DNA of 64,000 nucleotides from Deltaproteobacteria bacterium (GTDB taxonomy: Bacteria > Myxococcota_A > UBA9160 > SMWR01). The position numbers were made by a program, and so were the translations under genes. The notes beneath the pieces are model-generated. The model saw only the letters and a program-made list of their open reading frames with translations. It was not told the DNA's origin and did not search any database. The stretch covers positions 1-64,000 of the forward strand of contig JAQBHB010000090.1 of the NCBI GenBank assembly GCA_032128115.1, in the 5' to 3' direction. Positions 10,778 through 20,257 of the stretch are shown here, piece after piece. The number at the start of each line of letters is the position of its first letter. The stretch's first letter is position 1.

Positions 10778-11935
10778 CTACTCTTGCCCGTCCGTGATCA
10801 GCTTCGAGACCACCAGGGAGTGGCCCACGCCGCCGTTGGCTTCCAGCGACTGGAGCCCCGGCAGACGCTTTACCACCCGATCGAGCCACTTCTTCTCCGC
10901 ATCGCTGACGTCGGAGAAACGCAGGCCGAAACCCCCCAGGTCCTCGCGGAGTACCTCGGCCTCGAGCACGATGGGCTCGTCGTGCTCGTCGCCATACAGC
11001 GCGATCGACACGATGTCGCCCACCGTCAGGCTGGGGTGGGGGTCTACCCGGATTCCGGTGGTGGACAGGTCGCGCCCCAACAGGATGTCGGGTGCCTCGG
11101 GATCGAGGATCGTGACCTTGCTGCGGAAGCGGTGGCGCGTCCGATCGCGGCGATCGGACGGACCCGAAGTCTCGAGCTCGTCCCCCAGGGTGGCCGGACG
11201 TTCGTTGGCCGCCGCCTCGGGCACGGGGCCCAGGGGCGTGACGCGGGTTCCCAGGTTCTCGCCGGTCAGGATCGCTTCGATCTGGGCCCGGGACTCGGGC
11301 TCCTGATCGCGGAATACGACGATGGCGCAGTAGCCCTCGCCCTCCCCGCGCAGCGACGCCGGAAGGGTCTCGGTCACAATTCCCGTCAGACTCATGTTCT
11401 TCCCGGAGGCCAGCTCCGCCGGCATCTGGATGACGGCTTGATCGCCGATGGCCGCCTCCTCGCTGGTCACGATCCGGCAGCCGCCGCGGGAGAGCTCCTC
11501 GATGCGGCCTTTGCCCCGGGTTTCGCCCAGCTCGTAGCGGACCTCCAGGTTCAGCTGCAGGCGTGCGTTGCGCCGGCGCTCGTTGCCCCGATGAAGAATC
11601 TGCAGGAAGAACATGCGCATGGCGCGGGCTTCCAGGTTCGAGCTGACCAGGTAGTGCACCCCGAGCGAGCGCAGGCGCTCGCGCATGGGCAGAAAGTCCT
11701 GGTTGTGGGCGCATACCCAGACGGGATCGGTGGAGTCGTCAGCCACCCGCAGCGATTCGACCTGGAGGGCCAGCCGTGCGGAGGTCACCAGCAGCTGGTC
11801 GGGCCGGAAGACGCTCGCCCGGTCGCCCTTGAAGCCCACCACGTGCTCAAAATCCACGCCGAGCTGGCCGAGTGCAGTCCGCACCCCGACCAGCTCGCCG
11901 TCGTCGAGAAGCAGCACGGCGGGAACAGGGGTCAT
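10778..11935 (-). CDS. Tandem PilZ-domain protein with degenerate receiver-like N-terminus
   Basis: ERRRNAR...ELSRGG and DRRDRTR...DLSTTG motifs; ATG at 11935 inside ORF 10778..14392. Confidence 0.82.
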   Translation of the reverse strand: MTPVPAVLLLDDGELVGVRTALGQLGVDFEHVVGFKGDRASVFRPDQLLVTSARLALQVESLRVADDSTDPVWVCAHNQDFLPMRERLRSLGVHYLVSSNLEARAMRMFFLQILHRGNERRRNARLQLNLEVRYELGETRGKGRIEELSRGGCRIVTSEEAAIGDQAVIQMPAELASGKNMSLTGIVTETLPASLRGEGEGYCAIVVFRDQEPESRAQIEAILTGENLGTRVTPLGPVPEAAANERPATLGDELETSGPSDRRDRTRHRFRSKVTILDPEAPDILLGRDLSTTGIRVDPHPSLTVGDIVSIALYGDEHDEPIVLEAEVLREDLGGFGLRFSDVSDAEKKWLDRVVKRLPGLQSLEANGGVGHSLVVSKLITDGQE

Positions 11936-12061
11936 TTGAGATTCCTTCGGCGAACCGCCGATGTAGCTCAAGAGGTGAATGCGGAAGAGAGGCAAGGGTG
12001 CTTCCCCCCGCGGGGAAAGGGGAACTGCGCGAGGGGTCGGATCGTGTAATCTCGCCCGCCC

Positions 12062-14449
12062 ATGGGCCTCCCCGGTCGAATTCGCAGCGCCCCTGTGCCC
12101 CCGCGCGCGTTCCTGCTCGCGGCATCGGTCCTCGTCCTGACGGCCACGCTCGGGGCCACCTGCGACAAGACGAAGACCATCGACCTGGCCGAGTTGCCCG
12201 AGCAGCGACTCGGGGCGTCGGTCTCGTTCGACGACCAGGTGCGGCCGGTCCTCGAGCGCCGCTGTGTGGTCTGCCACGGCTGCTACGACGCGCCCTGCCA
12301 GCTCCAGCTGTCTTCCTACGAGGGGATCGAACGCGGAGCCAGCAAGGACGCCGTGTACTACTCGAATCGTCTGACCGAAGCGGACCCCTCGCGGCTGTTC
12401 ATCGACGCCAGGAGCGTCGCCGCGTGGCGCGATCGAGGCTTCTTCCCGGTGGCGGGCGATGCGGCGCGCCCGAGCGACAGCCTCATGCTTCGCATGCTCG
12501 CGCTGGGACGCACGCACATCCCCACGGTTGGCGAGAAGCTGCCCGAGTCGCTGCCACTGGGCATCAGCCGCGAGCTCAGCTGTCCCACGAGCAAAGAATT
12601 CGGCGCGTACGAACAATCGAATCCCCTGGGTGGCATGCCCTACGGCACGGCGCCCCTTTCGGATCCGGAGCTCTCGGTGCTGGCGGCCTGGGTCCGCCAG
12701 GGTGCGAAGGCACCCCCGACGCCCGCTCCCCTGCCGCGGGACCTGGCCGCGCAGGTCACGCGCTGGGAGCGATTCCTGAACGGAAGCAGCCCGAAACAGC
12801 AGATCACGGCCCGCTACCTGTACGAGCACTGGTTCCTGGCCCACCTCTACTTCGAGGACCTTCCCGAGGGACCGTTCTTCCGGGTGGTGCGCTCGAGCAT
12901 GCCTTCCGGCCTTCCGGTGAACGAGATCGCCAGCCGGCGGCCGTTCGACGATCCCGGCGTCACGAACTTCTGGTACCGCCTGGTTCCCGTGCACACCTCG
13001 ATCGTCCACAAGACCCACATCGTCTACGCGCTCGGCGACGCGCGCATGCAGCGCCTGTCCGAGCTCTTCCTCGAGTCGGACTGGACTCCCACCCGTACGC
13101 CCGCCTACGGCATCGGGGCAACGAATCCGTTCGTGATCTTCGATCAGATCCCGGCGCGCTCCCGCTACCAATTCCTGCTCGACGACGCCCGCTACTTCAT
13201 TGCGACCTTCATCCGTGGACCCGTGTGCCGCGGTCAGGTGGCCATCGACGTGATCGAGGATCATTTCTTCGTGGCCTTCCTGGATCCGGAACACGACCTG
13301 TCGATCATCGATTCCGACTACCTGGAACGCGCCGCGAAGCTGCTGGCCCTGCCCGAGCAGCACGGAAGCCGGGTGTCTCCGGGCAACCTCTGGCTCGGGT
13401 ACAACGTGGACCAGGGCCGCTACCTGGATCTCCGTCAGAAGGCCTACGACGACCTGGACCCGGAGCGCCGGGGACCGAGCCTGGACGCGATCTGGGACGG
13501 AGACGGCAGCAACCGCAACGCGCTTCTCACCGCCTTCCGACATTTCGACAACGCCGCGGTCGTGAAGGGTTTCGTGGGTGAGATCCCGAAGACCGCCTGG
13601 GTCATGGATTATCCGATCTTCGAGCGCATCTACTACGACCTGGTGGCTGACTTCGACGTTTTCGGAAGCGTCACCCACCGGGTTTCGACACGGCTCTACA
13701 TGGATCATCTGCGCATGCAGTCGGAGAACCTCTTCCTGGCCTTCTTGCCCGAGGATCGCCGTGAGTCGATCCGGGCCAGCTGGTACGTCGGTGCCGACAA
13801 AAAGCATTCCTATCGCTCCGACAACCTGCGCAGTCTCGGCCACGGCACGCAGATCCAGTACCAGACCGACGACCCGAAAACCGAGCTGCTGGAGATGCTC
13901 CTGGCGCGCTCGCCCCAGGTGTCGGGGCCTCCGGATCTTCTCAATCGCTGCACGCAGCCGCCCTGCGACCGCAAGCGGGCGACCTCTCTCGAGCGGAAGG
14001 TGGAACGCACGCTTCAGTCCCTGGCCGGGGTCCGGGGCCCCTGGGTGGCCACGCTTCCGGAGCTCATGTTGTTGCGGGTGCGCTCGGGAGAACAGGGTCG
14101 TGCGGTCTACACGCTGATCCACAATCGCGCTCACACCAACGTGGCGTCCCTGTTCGGCGAAGACGATCGGCTCGTCCCCGAGGAGGACACGCTCACGATC
14201 GTGCCCGGCTACCTGGGGAGCTATCCGAACTTTCTCTTCGACGTGGAGACCTCCCAGATCGGGGAGTTCGCAGCGATGCTGGCGGAAGTGACCACGCCCG
14301 ACGAGCTCGAGTCGGTGGTCGATCGCTGGGGGATGCGCCGCACGGCCACGGCCTACTGGCAGACCTTCGACTGGATTCACGACGACTTCCACCGGCGCGA
14401 CCCCACGGAGTACGGCCTTTTCGATCTGGCGCGTTACGAGAACCTCTAG
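12062..14449 (+). CDS. cti: Fatty acid cis/trans isomerase (c-type haem, exported)
   Basis: Signal-like N-terminus; RCVVCHGCYDAPCQL, RYLYEHWFLAHLYF, FIRGPVCRGQ, ERIYYDLV, DLARYENL. Confidence 0.92.
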   Translation: MGLPGRIRSAPVPPRAFLLAASVLVLTATLGATCDKTKTIDLAELPEQRLGASVSFDDQVRPVLERRCVVCHGCYDAPCQLQLSSYEGIERGASKDAVYYSNRLTEADPSRLFIDARSVAAWRDRGFFPVAGDAARPSDSLMLRMLALGRTHIPTVGEKLPESLPLGISRELSCPTSKEFGAYEQSNPLGGMPYGTAPLSDPELSVLAAWVRQGAKAPPTPAPLPRDLAAQVTRWERFLNGSSPKQQITARYLYEHWFLAHLYFEDLPEGPFFRVVRSSMPSGLPVNEIASRRPFDDPGVTNFWYRLVPVHTSIVHKTHIVYALGDARMQRLSELFLESDWTPTRTPAYGIGATNPFVIFDQIPARSRYQFLLDDARYFIATFIRGPVCRGQVAIDVIEDHFFVAFLDPEHDLSIIDSDYLERAAKLLALPEQHGSRVSPGNLWLGYNVDQGRYLDLRQKAYDDLDPERRGPSLDAIWDGDGSNRNALLTAFRHFDNAAVVKGFVGEIPKTAWVMDYPIFERIYYDLVADFDVFGSVTHRVSTRLYMDHLRMQSENLFLAFLPEDRRESIRASWYVGADKKHSYRSDNLRSLGHGTQIQYQTDDPKTELLEMLLARSPQVSGPPDLLNRCTQPPCDRKRATSLERKVERTLQSLAGVRGPWVATLPELMLLRVRSGEQGRAVYTLIHNRAHTNVASLFGEDDRLVPEEDTLTIVPGYLGSYPNFLFDVETSQIGEFAAMLAEVTTPDELESVVDRWGMRRTATAYWQTFDWIHDDFHRRDPTEYGLFDLARYENL

Positions 14450-14464
14450 GCCCAGCGACGCGAC

Positions 14465-14995
14465 TCAGAAGTTGGCGTCGATGACGCCTCCGTCGGAGGT
14501 CTGACATTCGCCGACGCCGCCGCCCACGAGCCCCTGCTGGGGCTCGTTCAACGTGAATCGGCAGCGCATGGAGTGGGTGCGATCGCCGTAGAGGCTGGCT
14601 ACCACGCTGCCCGTGTACCGGGTGACGAATCCCGAGTAGTAGGCGGTACCGTAGGCTTCGGAAGCGGCGCTGTCCGGGCCCCACCACCACGGATCCACAG
14701 GTCGACCCCAGTCGAAGCTCGTCCACACCGGCCCCCAGCCGCCGATGATGGGTTGCACCACCTCGACCTTCGTCTGGGCCGTAACGCGCACGTACCCGCC
14801 GCGGAAGTGCTCGCCGCCGGCCCCGAGCGTGGTGAACATGCGGCCGTGGCTGGTGCTCTCGGACTCCCAGGACAGTGTGACGGGAGCCATCTGCTGCTGG
14901 TGCGCGGTCCAGCGGGCACTGATGATCCCGGTCTGGGGCGTGGTGGCGCAGGCCACGGCGATCACGGCCGCCAGCAGCAGGGGAGAGCGTTTCAC
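14465..14995 (-). CDS. Hypothetical lipoprotein
   Basis: MKRSPLLLAAVIAVAC lipobox-like leader; W/G/Y-rich middle. Confidence 0.72.
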   Translation of the reverse strand: MKRSPLLLAAVIAVACATTPQTGIISARWTAHQQQMAPVTLSWESESTSHGRMFTTLGAGGEHFRGGYVRVTAQTKVEVVQPIIGGWGPVWTSFDWGRPVDPWWWGPDSAASEAYGTAYYSGFVTRYTGSVVASLYGDRTHSMRCRFTLNEPQQGLVGGGVGECQTSDGGVIDANF

Positions 14996-15085
14996 CGATT
15001 TTCCTCCGATTCCGGGCCGGGAAGCCCCCCGGATTCTCCAAGAGTGAGGGCGTTTCCGACGCTCACGCGCTTCCGCGCACTGGCT

Positions 15086-16540
15086 TCAAAGGCCCATGAA
15101 CGCCAGCATCCGCTGCTCCATGTGGTCGTAGAAGGGGTTCCAGCGCAAACGCAGCATGTCGGTGCCCGAGATGCGAAGCACGCCCCGCTCGCCCCGAGCC
15201 GCCAGCGAACCGATCTGGAGGCCGGGAAGCGCATGGGGCGCCCGGCCCCCGTAGACCGGGTCGTCCGGGCGAAAGGGGAGCGCCACGTGCGAGAGCGAAA
15301 AGAGATCCGGGCCCCATTCGAGGTCCAATGGGGTCTCGCTGATCCGGTCCGATCCGGGACGAATCTGTCTCAGCTGCAGGGCGTTGCTCCGTTCGTTCCG
15401 ATTGGTGACGACGCTCAGCGTGAAGCCGAGATCGCGGCCTTCGAGCAGCGGTGAAAAGGTGGTGCGCGGGTCGTAGTTCAGCAGGGGCTCCACCTCGGAT
15501 CGGCGGTTGAGATCGAAAAGATGCAACTCGTGGTTGCCCGCGGGCAGTCGGAAGAAGAGTCCCTCCAGCAGAGCGCGCGGCGAAACCGTGGCGTCCACGG
15601 CCGATTGGAACGCGAGGATCGGCGGGAGGTTCCCCAGGTCGTTGCTCCCGGCCAGTGACGTCAGCTGCTCCTGGATCCGCTCCGTCAGGCGATACGTCTG
15701 GTCGCCCGCATTCACGGCAAACGACACGTACTTGAAGGGATCGTACTCGGGCCCGATCGAGTTCCAGGCCAGCTTGTCCAGGCCCAGCAGGTTGCCCAGA
15801 CGGGACTGCCAGATCGCAAAGGCTGCGAGTGGTGTGACGCCGATCGCCGGCGAAACCAGGATGATGGCTTGCACCTGCGGGAGCGAATCGTCTTGGACCG
15901 AATCCAGCGCGTAGTGCACGGCGAGGGCGCCGCCGTTGGAGTAACCCACCAGGTAGAGCGGGGCGTTGCCCACCGTGTCTTTCAGGTGGTCGAGGCCCAG
16001 GCGGGTGGCCGCGGCCATGTCTTCGTAGCTGGCGGTCACCAGGCCCGAGGGCGCCGTGCCGTGCCCCGGCAGCCGAAGGCCCACCACGTGGGCTGCTTCC
16101 CGTTGCAGGCGCTCCGCCAGGGCTCTCAGGCTGTAGGGCGAGTCGCTCATGCCGTGAAGCAGCAGCACGCCGGCCCGCGGCTCGGCGGCGGGAAGCTCGA
16201 AGCTCCGATTCCAGTTGCGCGGCCAGCGCTCCGGATCCGACAGGCTCCCGCGGCTGTAGCGATTGGTCTGTTGGTCAGGCCCGGTGGGCTGTCCGGAAAT
16301 CACCAGCTCGTCGAGCTGCTGCCAGAGTCGATCTTCCAGCTCCAGGTACTCGCGAAAGCTCGCAACTCCGGAGTCCACGGTGAACTCCTCGTCGAGCTTG
16401 GCCTTGTGCCATACATCCAGGTCGGGTCGCTTGTTCAGAGCGATCACGCCGATCGTGATCGCCACTGCCGCGCCGCCCAGCAGGCTGTAGGCGACTGCTC
16501 GCAGCACCCCCACGGACGTTCGGCGAACGATATTCCACAT
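15086..16540 (-). CDS. Membrane-anchored alpha/beta hydrolase
   Basis: N-terminal TM; LLHGMSDSPYS and GYSNGG nucleophile motif; start placed at ATG 16540. Confidence 0.85.
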   Translation of the reverse strand: MWNIVRRTSVGVLRAVAYSLLGGAAVAITIGVIALNKRPDLDVWHKAKLDEEFTVDSGVASFREYLELEDRLWQQLDELVISGQPTGPDQQTNRYSRGSLSDPERWPRNWNRSFELPAAEPRAGVLLLHGMSDSPYSLRALAERLQREAAHVVGLRLPGHGTAPSGLVTASYEDMAAATRLGLDHLKDTVGNAPLYLVGYSNGGALAVHYALDSVQDDSLPQVQAIILVSPAIGVTPLAAFAIWQSRLGNLLGLDKLAWNSIGPEYDPFKYVSFAVNAGDQTYRLTERIQEQLTSLAGSNDLGNLPPILAFQSAVDATVSPRALLEGLFFRLPAGNHELHLFDLNRRSEVEPLLNYDPRTTFSPLLEGRDLGFTLSVVTNRNERSNALQLRQIRPGSDRISETPLDLEWGPDLFSLSHVALPFRPDDPVYGGRAPHALPGLQIGSLAARGERGVLRISGTDMLRLRWNPFYDHMEQRMLAFMGL

Positions 16541-16580
16541 GGCGGGGGAGTCTACCGCGGAATCCCGCGACGAACCGTAA

Positions 16581-17021
16581 TCAGAGCGGCCGGGACCGGG
16601 GAGAGATCCGGCGCTCGTTCGACTCGATGGGGACATCGTTGGCACTCATGTCGCGGTGGCGCATGAGGCCGTCATCGTCGAATTCCCAGTGCTCGTTGCC
16701 GTGTGTCCGGTAGTACTGCTCGGTCTCGTCGTGCCACTCATATTCGAATCGAACCGAGATCCGGTTGCCCGTGAATGCCCACAGCTCCTTCATCAAACGA
16801 TATTCGTGCTCGCGGGCCCACTTGCGTTTCAGGAAGGAGACGATGGCCGCATGACCGCGGAAGAACTCGCTCCGGTTGCGCCAGCACGAGTCTTCGCTGT
16901 ATGCGCGCGCGACGCGCTCCGGATCGCGGGAGTTCCAGGCGTCCTCGGCCGCCTGCACCTTGGCGCGGGCGGTTTCCACATCGAAGGGAGGTCGCAGATC
17001 GCTGGGGGCGGGCACGCGCAT
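16581..17021 (-). CDS. DUF1348 / SnoaL-like (NTF2-fold) protein
   Basis: [48 protein letters not shown]. Confidence 0.9.
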   Translation of the reverse strand: MRVPAPSDLRPPFDVETARAKVQAAEDAWNSRDPERVARAYSEDSCWRNRSEFFRGHAAIVSFLKRKWAREHEYRLMKELWAFTGNRISVRFEYEWHDETEQYYRTHGNEHWEFDDDGLMRHRDMSANDVPIESNERRISPRSRPL

Positions 17022-17035
17022 GGGGGCCTCCTTTT

Positions 17036-17098
17036 CCGGGTAACTCTCGCGCGGAGCCGGGTGACTCTTGCGCGGAGCCGGGTGACTCTCACGCGGAG
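17036..17098. repeat. 21-bp tandem repeat, 3 copies
   Basis: CCGGGTAACTCTCGCGCGGAG / CCGGGTGACTCTTGCGCGGAG / CCGGGTGACTCTCACGCGGAG. Confidence 0.95.
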
Positions 17099-18735
17099 GG
17101 CCCGAAGGACTCCGTGTGGATGCTCTCGGGCGAAACGCCGCGGTCTTCCAGGTCCTGCTGCAACGACGCCATGAACGAGACCGGGCCGCACAGGTAGAAG
17201 TCTGCGTCGAGATCCGGCAACTGCTCTGCGAGGGCCTGGCCGTCGATGCGGCCCACGGCGTCGAAGTCCCGCCCGGGGCGGTCCTGCGCGCGCGGGCGGC
17301 TGTAGGCGGTGTGCCGGTGAAGGTGGGGCCCTGCGTCCGTCAGACGCTGCACCTCCTCGGACAGGGGATGATGGCGGCCGTCGCGGGCTCCGTGAACGAA
17401 CCACACGGGCCGCGCATCGTTCCGAGCGGCGAGATCATGGAGCATGCTCACCAGGGGCGTGAGCCCCACGCCGGCGCTCACCAGCACCACCGGGCGCGGG
17501 TGCTCCAGGTGCAGGACGAACTCGCCACGCGGCGCGCGCGAGCTCACGATCTGCCCCACCTCCACGCGATCGTGCAGGTGCCGTGACACCTGCCCGCGAT
17601 CTTCTCGCTTGACGCTGATTCGATAGTGGGAGGCGGCCGGGTCGCCGGAGAGCGAGTAGGTGCGCGCTGCCGGGGCCGCGACGCCCGGGAGCTTGAACTC
17701 GACGGGAAGGTGCTGCCCGGCGCTGAATCCTGGCATCGGGCCGCCGTCTCGCGACTCCAGCACGAACGAGGTCACGTCGTCGCTTTCGCGCACCTTGGCC
17801 GCTACCCGCAGGTCGCGCACGCCTTCCCCCGAAGGGCCCCAACGCAGGGGGAGCGCATCCTCCAGCACCACGGCCTCGTCGAGTTCGAACCGCACCAGGC
17901 GGCGCGCCCCGGGGAATCCGGCGATCTCGGGCGAATCCCAGTCGATGCGCGCGTGTCCCGTCAGCTGCACCAGGCTGCCGCGCTCGAAGTCCACGAAGAG
18001 AAGACCCGCCCGGGGGTCGAGCAGGAGATTGCCCAGTGTGTTGAAATGCTTGTTACCGGCGTAGTCGGGGAAGATCAGGCTGCGCGGCCCCTCGACCCGC
18101 ACGAAGCCCGGATCTCCACCGCGGTGCGAGGCATCCATCCCGAAGGTGGGATCGTCGCCTTTTCCCCGGTAGCCGCTGGCGATGAAGAACGTATCGGCGG
18201 ACTCGATCCGGTCCCGGAGGGCGGGCGTGAAGCTCGCGTGGGAACGACGGGCGGGCGGCTGCTCGCGGCAGGCTGCGCGACTCCAGGCGCGTTCGTGGAT
18301 GTATTGCGGGCAGTTCCCATAGGTCTGATCCAGGCGCAGCTCGAGGCCGTCCGGGCCGCGGCGGCGGACGCGTCCGTTCGCGCGATTGCGCCGACGTGTG
18401 TGGAGCTCGATTCCCAGCAGGCCCACGTCGTCGTCCCTGTCGAACGCTGCCTCCAGGGCATCGCCGGGCACCGGCAGGGCGCCGATGTGCAGCGCCGTGT
18501 CGTCGGGCGAATCCACGAAGCCGGGCTCGCCGGCCAGGATCGTGGCCCAGGGACGGCCGCCCCCATCACGAGCAGCCACCACCAGGAACGGGAGCTGTGC
18601 GTAGAATTGCCGGTGGTCCCCCGGCAACCTGGCGCGTACCACCTTGCGCGCCCAGGGCTCGATTTCGTCGCGCACGCCCAGCCGCTCCTGCACCTGGCGC
18701 TCGCCTGCATGGAAGGGTGAATTCGAGCTGGCCAT
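17089..18735 (-). CDS. Pyridoxamine 5'-phosphate oxidase-like FMN-binding domains fused to FAD/NAD(P)-binding reductase
   Basis: [52 protein letters not shown]. Confidence 0.9.
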   Translation of the reverse strand: MASSNSPFHAGERQVQERLGVRDEIEPWARKVVRARLPGDHRQFYAQLPFLVVAARDGGGRPWATILAGEPGFVDSPDDTALHIGALPVPGDALEAAFDRDDDVGLLGIELHTRRRNRANGRVRRRGPDGLELRLDQTYGNCPQYIHERAWSRAACREQPPARRSHASFTPALRDRIESADTFFIASGYRGKGDDPTFGMDASHRGGDPGFVRVEGPRSLIFPDYAGNKHFNTLGNLLLDPRAGLLFVDFERGSLVQLTGHARIDWDSPEIAGFPGARRLVRFELDEAVVLEDALPLRWGPSGEGVRDLRVAAKVRESDDVTSFVLESRDGGPMPGFSAGQHLPVEFKLPGVAAPAARTYSLSGDPAASHYRISVKREDRGQVSRHLHDRVEVGQIVSSRAPRGEFVLHLEHPRPVVLVSAGVGLTPLVSMLHDLAARNDARPVWFVHGARDGRHHPLSEEVQRLTDAGPHLHRHTAYSRPRAQDRPGRDFDAVGRIDGQALAEQLPDLDADFYLCGPVSFMASLQQDLEDRGVSPESIHTESFGPSA

Positions 18736-18746
18736 CGCGCTTCCTC

Positions 18747-18776
18747 TCCATCAAGCCCCAGTCCATCAAGCCCCAG
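18747..18776. repeat. 15-bp perfect tandem duplication in divergent intergenic region
   Basis: TCCATCAAGCCCCAG x2. Confidence 0.93.
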
Positions 18777-18872
18777 TCGCGACGCGAGGATTCTAGCATC
18801 GAGCGCCGGCCTGAAGCCTCGTCGGATTGCCGCTCCCTGTTAGACTGCGGCATCGTCGTCGGGGGAAACGCC

Positions 18873-20255
18873 ATGAGGAAGCTCGTCAAGCTCTCGGACC
18901 TGGATCAGGAGGCGGCTCGCATCGGCCCCCGGTACGGCCTGCGGGCCCTGGCCGGATCCGTGCCCAAGTACGAGTTGCCCGACGGCGGCATGAACCCGGA
19001 CGCTGCCTACCAGCTGATCCACGACGAGCTGATGCTGGACGGGCTTGCACGCCTGAATCTGGCCACCTTCGTGACTACGTGGATGGAGCCCCAGGCCGAG
19101 AAGCTGATGGCCGAGTGCTTCGCCAAGAACATGATCGACAAGGATGAATATCCCCAGACCGCTGAGATCGAGAACCGCTGCATCAACATCATCTCGCGCC
19201 TCTTCCACGCGCCCGACGAGGGGGTGGGTGTCTCGACGGTCGGTTCGAGCGAGGCGGTGATGTTGGCCGGTCTGGCGCTCAAGTGGCGCTGGCGCGATCG
19301 GATGAGGGCTCGAAACCGGCCCAGCGATCGCCCCAACCTGATCCTGGGTTCCAACGTGCAGGTGGTCTGGGAGAAGTTCTGCCGCTACTGGGACGTGGAG
19401 CCTCGCTATCTGCCCATGGCTCATGGGCGCTACGTGATCACCCCGGAGCAGGTGGTGAACGCCGTCGACGAGAACACCATCGGCGTGGTGGCGATCCTGG
19501 GCACCACCTATACCGGGGAGTTCGAGCCAGTTCGGGAGATCCACGACGCTCTGATGAAGCTCAACACCGAGAAGAAATGGGAACTCGGGCTCCACGTGGA
19601 TGGAGCCAGCGGGGCCTTCGTGGCGCCCTTCCTGCATCCGCAGCTGGAGTGGGATTTCCGCCTGCCGCTGGTGAAGTCGATCAATGCATCGGGTCACAAG
19701 TACGGTCTGGTCTACCCCGGGGTGGGTTGGGTGGTGTGGCGGAGCCACGAGGATCTCCCCAAAGACCTGGTCTTCCACGTGAACTACCTGGGTGGCGACA
19801 TGCCCACCTTCACGCTCAACTTCTCGCGGGGCGGAAACCAGGTAGTGGGTCAGTACTACAACTTCCTACGCCTGGGTCGCGAGGGTTACACGGGCATCAT
19901 GGAGTCGTTGCGAGACACAGCGACATGGCTCTCCGGTGAAATCTCGAAAATGGGCCCGTTCGAACTTCTCTCGGACGGAAGCGCGATTCCGGTATTCGCG
20001 TTCGCGATGAAGTCGGGGGCGTCCTACAGCGTCTACGATCTCTCGGACAAGCTGCGCGAGCACGGCTGGCAGGTGCCCGCCTACACGATGCCCGAAGGGG
20101 CCGATGACCTGGCGGTTCTGCGCATCGTGGTGCGCGACGGCTTCAGCCGCGACCTGGCGCAGATGCTGCTCGAGCACCTGAAGGCCACCGTGAAGCACTT
20201 CGAAGCCAACCCACCTGCGAAGCCTGCGGGCCCTGCCCAGGGCTTCGCACACTGA
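18873..20255 (+). CDS. gadB: Glutamate decarboxylase (PLP)
   Basis: RLNLATFVTTWM, NMIDKDEYPQT, HVDGASG, SINASGHKYGLVYPGVGW, TLNFSR. Confidence 0.95.
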   Translation: MRKLVKLSDLDQEAARIGPRYGLRALAGSVPKYELPDGGMNPDAAYQLIHDELMLDGLARLNLATFVTTWMEPQAEKLMAECFAKNMIDKDEYPQTAEIENRCINIISRLFHAPDEGVGVSTVGSSEAVMLAGLALKWRWRDRMRARNRPSDRPNLILGSNVQVVWEKFCRYWDVEPRYLPMAHGRYVITPEQVVNAVDENTIGVVAILGTTYTGEFEPVREIHDALMKLNTEKKWELGLHVDGASGAFVAPFLHPQLEWDFRLPLVKSINASGHKYGLVYPGVGWVVWRSHEDLPKDLVFHVNYLGGDMPTFTLNFSRGGNQVVGQYYNFLRLGREGYTGIMESLRDTATWLSGEISKMGPFELLSDGSAIPVFAFAMKSGASYSVYDLSDKLREHGWQVPAYTMPEGADDLAVLRIVVRDGFSRDLAQMLLEHLKATVKHFEANPPAKPAGPAQGFAH

Positions 20256-20257
20256 GG

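Noticed and set aside
11957..12030. GCCGATGTAGCTCAA resembles a tRNA 5' end, near selB (possible selC)
   Set aside because: No T-loop GTTCRA, no complementary acceptor stem and no CCA; only a short TTCCCC/GGGGAA hairpin
17036..17098. Short repeats as a mini CRISPR array
   Set aside because: Copies are contiguous with no spacers, and no cas genes are present
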